Source: Bugula neritina
Taxonomy: Eukaryota > Animalia > Bryozoa
Length of the DNA stretch: 19,724 bases
Assembly (NCBI GenBank): GCA_964035545.1
Contig: CAXIUT010000043.1
Span: forward strand, 1-19,724
Reading direction: 5' to 3'
Shown here: positions 10,857-19,724 of the stretch, one piece after another
How the letters are laid out: each line of letters starts with the position of its first letter
Numbering within the stretch: position 1 is the stretch's first letter
The notes under the pieces: generated by a model
The model's database searches: none
Told to the model about the DNA's origin: nothing
What the model saw: only the letters and a program-made list of their open reading frames with translations
Program-made: the position numbers and the translations under genes

Positions 10857-12350
10857 ATGAAGTTGGGGTTGGGGTTGGGGTTGGGGTTGGGGTTGGGGTT
10901 GGGGTTGGGGTTGGGGTTGGGGTTGGGGTTGGGGTTGGGGTTGGGGTTGGGTTAGTCTCTTCTTCTTACACCCAATAGTTCATCAGCACATAAACATCAT
11001 CATTAACCATCATCTTCAAAAAGATAATAATAGCATTAAAAAACCTAATCAGAGTTACTACAATAAGAAATACAGATAATGGAAAGATAACATAGAAAAA
11101 GAAGATAAACTTTCAGGAAAAGAATAAGTTAACATGCCGCCAAAATTTAATTAAAGTCGTCTTAAGAAAAATAAAAAAATAATCAATAAGAAAATATTGA
11201 TTAACAAAAATAACTGTTTTAAAATCAACCTGAAAAAATAGATAAAGATACAGTTATTTATTAAAAATCAATCATTTAAAAATCAATAGAAATACAAACA
11301 TAGAGTATCATATCAAGAAGAAGATAAAGTATAATATTAAAGAATCGTAGAAGAATATCAGATGAGCACAATAAAAATAAAAGAGTAACTTTAGATATCA
11401 ACGGTATTAGAGACTTCCTAGACCAATCCTAGAACTATCAAGGATCGCTATAAAAACAATATAACAGAAGAGAACATTAGGCAGTAAAATAAGGATTATA
11501 CAAAATGATAGAATAGACTAATTTAAGAGAGAGATAGATCAACTAAAAGACAAATAATATATCATCGTAAACTTATAAAATAAAACAATAAATATAAAAA
11601 CACTAAAATATAAATAAAAATTTAGATCATTTATATCATAAATAAAAACAATAAATATAATAACTAACTAAAACTATACAACAACTCAAAACTTAAATTA
11701 GATCATCTTAGTAAATAAAAAAATAAAGAACATCTTTTGTTTTTATGAAAAAAAACTATAAAATAGACATCATTTCCTATGACATCAAATAAAATAAAGA
11801 ACAATTCTATGTCATGAATAGTGTTTTAGATGATAATATTTATTTGAGAATAAAAAAATATGGATAAAAAAATATACTAAGCACTAAAATAAGCACCATT
11901 TGGGAAATAAAACCTCCTCCCAGAGCTTTATAAGTTGTTCTAAGAGTTCAAATCATCAATAAATACTTCAAATTCAATCTAGAATCATAAAATTAACCCG
12001 TCAACTGTCTCATACGTATTGGTATCTACTACTAACTACTATAAATTCTTTAAGAAGACATAAAAATCCTCAACGATATTTATGGTCTCAAAGAACTATC
12101 TCTTAACTCTACGAATGATGTCCTCAACTTTAAAATAGAACTAAGTTATTCCGCATCAGTAAAAGTAACAATCAATTTGCTTGAATTGGGATAGGAAGGC
12201 TCCTTTTATTTGGAAACTATTAATAATAATCCAGAAAATATTTCTTTTGGATTGAATCATATAACTGCAATTAGTGACAAAAATTAAAATTTGACTTAAT
12301 TTTTAGCGAATAAATTGTAAAAAGCAAAAAGATAGCTGAGAACACAATGA
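10857..12350 (+). CDS. Hypothetical protein with charged/coiled-coil N-terminal half and beta-rich C-terminal domain; 5' end spans the internal telomeric tract
   Basis: A single frame has no TGA from ATG 10857, through the tract, to TGA 12348-12350 (followed by a second TGA). The next in-frame ATG is at 11079. No family recognised. Confidence 0.75.
10862..10951 (+). repeat. Internal telomeric tract 2, exactly (GTTGGG)15
   Basis: 90 nt of perfect telomeric repeat flanked by ATGAA and TTAGTCT; no CCCCAA tract follows. Confidence 0.97.
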
Positions 12351-12424
12351 TGATTAGTTATAGTTTATTATGAATGATTTAGTTGATATATAATTAATAC
12401 TTATTTTGAAGCAATAAAGGCATC

Positions 12425-14158
12425 ATGTCTAACTCAGCCATAGGAATCAACATCAATCAGAGTCCAATTCAATAAGACAATAAAATTTATAGCAGTAACC
12501 AAACAAGTTAATATGGGAGTGATTTTAGAGATAAATATTAGGGATCAAAGCATTCAAGCTACAATCTTAGTTCGAAAACAGAAAATAAATCAATGATATA
12601 AAAAATAATTTAGTAATCAGAAGAACAAATAATTGGAGGGAAAAAGAAAAGACTCATGGATTAGAATAATTTTAATTCGATGATTAAGATATCTCTATAA
12701 GCAGCAGAATGTAAGGAACAGATAAGATATTCCTAACAAATTCAAAAATAAAATAAAATAAAATAATATTAAAAAGGATAAATATAAGTAATTATTTACA
12801 AAGATGAACAAAAAAGACCTCAAATCAACAAACAATCTAAACCATAATAAATATCATCAAGTTTATCTAACTCTCCTGAAAGCAACGATTCTCAATAATA
12901 CTAAAATCATCTAATATCAGCCATTTAGTGCTATATAAGCAAATCTCTATAGAATAAAAACAAATTCAAACAAAAAATAATGAGATAAACTTCTTTGTTT
13001 ATTTAACAAAAATAACAAAATTATAACTAATCTCAAAATAAATCATAAAGGTCATAAGATATAAGCCTATAACCTTCAGCATAGCCATCTTCAAATTACA
13101 GCATTTAAACCATCAGATAAAAATATATAAAATATAAAAAATTATACAAAAAAGAACACGAACTCAACAAGGAATTGATAAAAGATATATCAGATATCAA
13201 AAGCTAATTAAGATCATGATCTTCATTAAATATATCTATTAGTAATCAATATTCATTAAATATGTCTATTAGTAATCAATATTCACTAAATATATCTATT
13301 GGTAATCAATATTCACTAAATATGTCTTGTAATAATCAATATTCACTAAATATGTCTATTAATAACTATACTATTAAAATTTAAATCATGGACACTTTAA
13401 AAAGGAAAAGAGGGATCAGCCTTTCACATAGACCTCACTCCATTCAGCCATCAGCATAAACACCAACCTAAAATAAACAAAAGTCTCTCATTTTTAACTA
13501 CTCGAGATATCCACTGTCGAATATTAGTCGATCTGTCTCAATACCAAAACCAAACATTCAGTTTAATTATCTTAATAGCTTTCAAAGATAAATACCTAGA
13601 TCAGTTAGAATAAATTAAATAAATTTCATTGAGAAGTATAACTATGTTCCCAAAAGAATAAATAAAAAATGTTAATAAAATATTCAAGTTTGTGAGAATC
13701 TACCTCAAAGAAAAGATTTAAGAGTATAAAAGGAAACTAATTTTGATTTAAAAGTAGAAGTATAAAGCAAAATAATATTTGAACATCAAAAGATGGAAGC
13801 TAATATCAGTTAAAATAAAGATATAAAATAACCTTAAACAACTTAAATTATCATTTAGCAACAATAACCTCTCAAATAGATAAAATAAAATACGAAATAG
13901 CTACTCAGTGAAGACAACAAGATGTTTTAGTCAAAGATTTTAACAATAGATGAGAAAGAAAAGTTTAAAGTAAAAGAAAAGGAGATAAAAAAGAGATAGT
14001 TTTCACAATAGAATATTGAAAACATAATGATAATTCCTTAAATAAATACAAAAAAAATAAAGAAAAATAAAAGAAATGCTCAAAATGTACAAAAAATGGA
14101 AAAAAGACTTCTATAAATCATAAAAATATGCTAATTTAACCTTTAAAACCAATCTTGA
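12425..14158 (+). CDS. Low-complexity Glu/Lys/Ile/Asn-rich hypothetical protein with one internal in-frame TGA (13217-13219); may be a nonsense allele or two genes
   Basis: ATG 12425 is open to TGA 13217; the same frame then continues without a stop to TGA 14156-14158. Confidence 0.6.
13222..13370 (+). repeat. 30-bp tandem repeat, 5 copies
   Basis: Unit TTCAYTAAATATRTCTATTAGTAATCAATA; encodes (SLNMSISNQY)-like decapeptides in the host frame. Confidence 0.92.
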
Positions 14159-14199
14159 TCAACAATTTTATTAATAATTTTATATTATTCATCTATCAA

Positions 14200-16472
14200 T
14201 CACAACATAGTCACCTATAGCTCAGATATCTGACTCCTTACTTTCTAATGACTCAACTTAGACTCGAATAATTTATTATAGCTATCCTAAGCTCTCTCCA
14301 ATAGTCCAGCAAGTCCCTCTCCCTCAAGTATTCCTCCGATAAAATCAGCATTGTATCTCTTTTTTGCATGATATTTTCGTCCTGTATTTTATATTTTATT
14401 TCTCATTTTGCTAATAACACCAATATATTCTTTTTCCAACGAAATAATATCTAGACGGCTTTAGCTAGTAAAAGACAAATAGTCATATAAGAGTTAAATC
14501 ATTGAAAAGTTGACCATAAAGGAAGAATAATAAGGAATCAACACTAGTTTGATTAATTATGGGGTAAGTTCTTTGTACTGAAGAGCAGTTTAGATTAAGT
14601 TTTAAGATAAGCTTGGCATTGGTACAGATATAGATAGAAGTATTGCCTCTTAAAAAAGTTATAAAGCTGATAAAACATCTATCCCTTTCTTCCATAAATG
14701 TCCTCTATACCTCAAATCTCTTGAATCTTTCATCTATTTTTTTGATATCTACCTAATAGCCTTCAATATCAGTTCAAGAGAATCTTTACTACTATCTAAG
14801 TTGATAATCTTCTTTATCGAATTCTAAATATCGTCTTTGTATTTGTATGTTAATGTATTGATGCCTTGATTTTCTTTTTTTCTTTTAATGTTTTGAATTC
14901 CTTTGAGAGTTGATTCAAAAGAAGTTAAAAATTTGTTATTTTGGATTCTATTGTATGATTTTTATTTTATCTAGGTTATACTACCACCCTCTAATGTAAA
15001 ACTATTATCAATCATTGTCATAAACTACTTGAATTAAAGATTTTTACTTGCCAGTATTTTTACTTAAGATAACTCAGAAAGATACTTCTTGAAGAATTAA
15101 TTGTCAGTAAAAAGGTTATTAAATTTAAGATAAGCACTCAATAAATCCTACTTATTCATTTCTTTTAATGCATTCTGTAAAGTAACATCCTTGATCTAAT
15201 TGACTATCTTCATAACAACAGAAATGCTTCTGAATATCTTATTTACAGCATCTCTCAGGTCTTTTGATATTCCACTATCCTCACCTACCAATGTCTCACT
15301 AGCAATCACAAAAGAATCAAGTAATTTCTCATTCAACATAAATTATTGAGGATTAATTTAAACTTTTTTTTTGTATTTTTTCCTCAAAGCCATCAACTCT
15401 AATTCCATTTCACAATAATTGAACTATTTAAGTTAAGAATCGATGTTTCTTATTGAACCCAAAACAATATTCTTTTGCAATTATTTCATATTTTCTTTTA
15501 TCTATTTATGTTCAGATTAACTCATTGATTAGTTTAAACACTTTTTATGTTGAAACTCAATCATAACTATCAATAATTCGATTATTTTAGGTAGTTATTA
15601 GTATATTTGGCAGACTATTCTCAAAATAAATGAGTTGAAATCGTTAACATCTCCCTTCCCAATGATAATATCAATGTATTTTTGAGAAAGTAGTTTCTAT
15701 GGAGTCTAATTTATCTCAAAAAAATTATTTTCAGACACTATTTTATCCTTTAATTCGCCTCCACTTTCAAGCTAAGGTTCAGAATTACAAAAAAAGTATG
15801 TTCCCATCTCTGAAAAATGATTAACAATGGGACTAATGACAGTCTACCCATAAACTTCCTTAAGTCCCTCCATCTAACTATCAAACTTTTCCTTATCATA
15901 CTCCAAATCTTATATTTTAGTTAGAATCAAACTAACACACTTCTCTGCCTCCAAAAAGTCCTTATCCAGAAGCAAACAAGTACTATTAAGTGAAGAATAC
16001 AGCCCATCTCCTTCTAAACTTTCAAAAGGAATCACCAAACTGACATGAACACTTCGAATTCTTCTAATAGTCTGCCAAATAATATAAATATTCAACAAAC
16101 GATAAAGCGGTCGACTATCATTAAAACCTATATCAATATATTCGTACCTGGCATATCAATAACCAAACATCCATTCTAGTCAACTTAAGGGGGAATGTTG
16201 GGATAGACAGTTGTGGAGGTGTAGCTGTTGCCAATGTGAGCGTTAAGATATTAGACTTCGGCTCTCATTTCAGGGACTCCCATTTAGTTAGTTTAGAGGA
16301 TAAGTTTTTTACGTAGAAGATAGTACATGAGAGTTGTTTTGCCTGCTTTAGTCTAACCCATCAAAAGTAGCACCTTCTTAGGTATCTGTTAGATGTTCAA
16401 ATTAGAATCCACTTCTGTTACGCATGTCAGCAACTCATTCAGCTCAGATAAACTGCTACTTTATTACTTCAT
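14200..16472 (-). CDS. P-loop GTPase (MMR_HSR1/AIG1-like G domain) with long helical C-terminus, 750 aa; intron 16128-16147
   Basis: G1 VLLLMGETKAGKTTL, G2-like STT, G3 IDMPGFND (split by the 20-nt intron), G4-like LILTKIED. ATG 16472-16470 to TGA 14202-14200; 2253 nt spliced. Confidence 0.85.
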
Positions 16473-16633
16473 TTTTAAGTAATTTGATATATTTATATTA
16501 TCCCAGTTACAATAACATGAATAATTATATTTATCAAGGGCACAATAATATGCATATTTATCAAGGATTCAATAATCAAAACATAAATGATTATTTCTTT
16601 ATCTAAATCAATATCTAATTATCAATCAATCAA

Positions 16634-17688
16634 TCAAATTTATTTCAACCCACAAGCTTCTTGCATCTAAAACAACAGCTGCCCACCTCCATGCTCATTC
16701 GCATAATTAAATGCATTCATTATCTGATATTTACACTTGAATATTTCCTCCTCCATCCCCTTCACCTCCTTCTATAACACTATCTGCTTCTTCATTGAAC
16801 CTTGAATTCTATCTATCTCACCCCTCCCCTTATCGATCTTCTCCCGGATTATGTCCACCTCTCCATACTCCTCATTCTTTATCTTCCGACGCAAGTCCTA
16901 GTTCTCCTTTATCAACTTCTCCCGAGCCTTCAACTTCTATCGAATACGCCTGTTCTCCTCTTCAATCTCTTTGACCTTATTGCCATCACCAGCATCATCT
17001 CGATCACTTATATTCCTATCATACTCCTTCAACGTTTTTTTGCTCTCTACCATTAATCTATCTGATTTAGGTCCCTTCGGAGGAGCATCTCTTGTAGGTA
17101 CTTGCTCCTTAATACCTACATTATACCGATAATACTAGACTAATTCAACTTTTGCGCATCAACTATGGTTTCAACATTGACAGTTTGTCCTGAAAGGTTA
17201 CTAATTCGATCAAAATATACCTAATGGAATCAAAAGAAACTTCTTGCTCTATTTTAGCAGATAAATTAAAAATCAATCTAGAGTTATTATCAGGACATCT
17301 TTCCAATGGCAATTAGTATAGTTTATTTTTTTTATTTTTTTAGTTTAGATATGGAGCCACATCGAAATGTATTTATCCCACCTTTTTATTTCCATTCTGT
17401 GTGTACAAAATTATCTAAAACTTAGTCTATCTTAATAGATAACTACCAGCTTAGAACTGAATACCTTCCGACTCACATCATAGTTCATATTACAATATAT
17501 TTCAAGAGTCTAGTCAAATGTTGCTATGCAATTAGTCAATGAAACCTTACCAGACTGGGCTATCTTCTGACCTATTTAGAAAAACAACTACCCTTCTTCC
17601 AGAAAACATCGATTTATGATTGATTTTTGAATGCCAAACTAAAACGAGATAGTTGTGCTCGAAATATCACCTTGAAACACTTTTCCAT
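16634..17688 (-). CDS. NT-C2 (EEIG1/EHBP1-type C2) domain protein with C-terminal coiled coil, 324 aa; introns 17116-17135, 17201-17220, 17427-17446, 17572-17591
   Basis: After removing four 20-nt introns: VFWKKG..ATFDETLEIYCNM..FSSKLTKF..VGEIHFDVAPYLN..LPLERCPD, the NT-C2 pattern; 975 nt spliced. Confidence 0.85.
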
Positions 17689-17736
17689 CAGTTTGATTAT
17701 ATTATAACGTCTAAACTATTCAATCTACATATAATA

Positions 17737-19437
17737 TCAGTCATCCTCGTCTCTCATCAACATCTCCTTGTTCTTCAGTAGAACTCCTCGGATCTACTCT
17801 CCTCGTCCTTCCTTGCCCATCTTTGAAGAATCTTTCAATATTCCCATCGATTCCATCTGAATCAGTTTTTACTCAGCTTAGGTTTAGACAGTTATTCCCA
17901 TAGCTTTTGCTGATTTGATTTCTTTCTTTTACTTTTTGATGGGTTTATCTAGTTTGGCAACATAGTCGACACAAAACTTTCTCATTTAATCAAGAGATTT
18001 ATCTTTATTGAGAATAGCACCAAAGCTAATTAGTATTTTTCTACCCAAAGCCTAGTAGATATTAGGATCATAGAATTTATCACCAAACCTAAAGACCCCT
18101 TTCTAATCAGTTCTAACATCTTTAAATAGTCCAGTTTAAATCGTATAGCAATATGGAGAATTAGTCCATTTATGAGCAACAACCCGAATACACCCTTCTT
18201 TTGACAAATCTTAATTTTTATCTTTAGTATTCATTTGTTTTTTACTAAAATTACAACTTTTAAACTCCATATTCTAACAAATAGTTGAAAAATATTTAGC
18301 ATAAAGAACGCTTTCAACTTGCATACGGTTATTACCTACCTTAATATCATTATACCCATATTATTGCCAAATATAAAACAACTCTTCTTATTCCCATGAC
18401 CATGCAAATCAAAATACGCATAGAGCTCACGACGAGTCAGCTCAACTATCGCCTTTATGGCAAAACAAGACGGTTGTAGCAATAGGTCAGGTAAATGATA
18501 AAATCTATTTAAATTTTGACCCAGACTATCCATGCGATTGTTGCCAAGAAATACGCCATCAGGATTGAGCATGGGAACAACTAATACATAAAATTACTAT
18601 CTTAGTTTTATAGCTTCAGAATTGTCACTTAGTAACCACTAGAGTAGACCTTTTAAGGCATAACTTGCTCCTACCTATCCAGGATGCACTCGAGATGTTA
18701 CCATAATCAAAGGTTTATGAACCTATTTGAAGTGTTCTTAATTTTATCTATTAGGAAATAGATTGTCAATATATCTTTCACTTGGAAGGTTACGAACGTC
18801 TGAACCACTAATCGCCAATAAATGCAAAGGTCGACCTACTTCAACCCATAAATACCTTCTCTAGACAGCACCAACGTCTAACGATTGAAATAGATGTTAT
18901 TTTTCTTTCTCATTCTATACTCCAAACTTTAAATAAATTCTTAATTTTATCCAAAAGACCAAGGATAAGTCAAAGCAATGTACATTTTTTTATTAGCCTT
19001 CAAATCAACTATCATTTTCATATTGATATCTCCCTCAGGCATCATCTAAAATTCCACAGGCATTCCCAATCTGCCCCACTAACCTCCCTATTCCCTAACT
19101 ACAGGTCGATACAGATCAAAGACTTTTGACTACTTTAAAGGAGGGTTACGGCAGCAGTGAGAGTATTAACTTTTTGAAGTGACAACTTGACAGATTATAG
19201 ATTAAGATTGGATTAAATATAGAAATAGAACCATGTTTTTGAGCTAGGTTTGATATCTTTATCTTTGCCAAAAGATAATAACAGTTACTTTATAGATAAA
19301 TGCAATACGTTACGAGTTAAATCGATGTTAACTGTATTCAAATTACCAGAATCGAAGTTACCTGAAAATTATAAGATAGAATTCATAAATGGTAATTTAA
19401 ATGTGTTCTTCTTTGCTGTTATTGAATCTCCCTACAT
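17737..19437 (-). CDS. AGBL5: Cytosolic carboxypeptidase (M14 tubulin deglutamylase), CCP5/AGBL5-like, 546 aa; introns 18336-18355, 18836-18855, 19130-19149
   Basis: FSGNFDSGNL, WFYF, TYPWSF, SRVHPGE, PMLNPDGV, GQNLNR, DLHGH..KKSCFIFGN, CNFSKKQM..KD..SKEGCIRV, YTIE. 1641 nt spliced. Alternative start at 19386. Subfamily assignment is from motif recall. Confidence 0.9.
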
Positions 19438-19613
19438 CCGGTTGCTCTTTTTGAATTATTTATATATATTAAATGGAAATAAACAACATCATAATTCAAA
19501 ATATATCATCAAATAAAATATCTAAAATTGAATTTTAAACTATTATTCTAAATCAAATGATATTCTAATAGTTGAATCATATTAATATCAATAATATTTA
19601 ATATTAAAAATAA

Positions 19614-19724
19614 GGGGTTGGGGTTGGGGTTGGGGTTGGGGTTGGGGTTGGGGTTGGGGTTGGGGTTGGGGTTGGGGTTGGGGTTGGGGTTGGGGTTGGG
19701 GTTGGGGTTGGGGTTGGGGTTGGG
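19614..19724 (+). repeat. Right telomere, (GGGGTT)n
   Basis: 111 nt of perfect repeat to the window end, ending TTGGG. Confidence 0.98.

Noticed and set aside
4120-10951. Telomere-bearing transposon bounded by the two internal tracts
   Set aside because: The tracts are direct rather than inverted, no target duplication is evident, and the enclosed genes are housekeeping genes with no transposase.
10862-10955. Telomeric tract as a 94-nt GT-AG intron
   Set aside because: It starts GTT rather than GTA, lacks the -6 A, is far longer than the other introns, and splicing would shift into a frame that stops at 11506.
13222-13370. CRISPR-like array
   Set aside because: Contiguous 30-bp units with no unique spacers, in eukaryotic DNA with no cas genes.
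4256-19437. Functional cluster of microtubule/cilia genes (TOGARAM1, CCP5)
   Set aside because: The genes are far apart with unrelated genes between them, and ciliary genes are abundant in ciliate genomes.
4256-19437. Programmed frameshifting or general UGA=Trp/Cys recoding
   Set aside because: Every frame change is explained by a consensus 19-20 nt intron, and conserved Trp positions all use TGG.
1794-19516. Supplied standard-code ORFs
   Set aside because: They were computed with TAA/TAG as stops. Most are antisense or off-frame shadows of real genes; only 15910-16098 and 18336-18572 are fragments of true frames (GTPase and CCP5).

Overview
This is AT-rich, gene-dense ciliate macronuclear DNA running telomere to telomere, with (CCCCAA)n at 1-58 and (GGGGTT)n at 19614-19724. 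The supplied standard-code ORF track is misleading. TAA and TAG both encode Glu, shown at invariant residues such as the carboxypeptidase HPG-E zinc ligand (TAG) and catalytic YTI-E (TAA), and TGA is the only stop. That is the peritrich-type code (NCBI table 30). Re-read by hand, the window holds about 10 genes: a secreted protein, a weak VPS9-like protein, TOGARAM1/crescerin, an importin-alpha-like protein, SPOUT1, two unknown proteins, a P-loop GTPase, an NT-C2 protein and CCP5/AGBL5. Spacers between the genes from TOGARAM1 onward are only 41-161 bp. I found 14 tiny introns (twelve of 20 nt, one of 19, one putative of 21), all GTA...YNAnnHAG with an invariant A six nt from the 3' end. The most unusual feature is two internal, same-orientation telomeric tracts (4120-4185 and 10862-10951) with no matching C-rich tract, ending in the same TTGGG register as the real ends. 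The second is exactly (GTTGGG)15 and lies in frame inside codon 2 of a 1.5-kb ORF, giving MK(LG)15. These tracts are either telomerase insertions/fusions at breakage sites or library/assembly chimeras.
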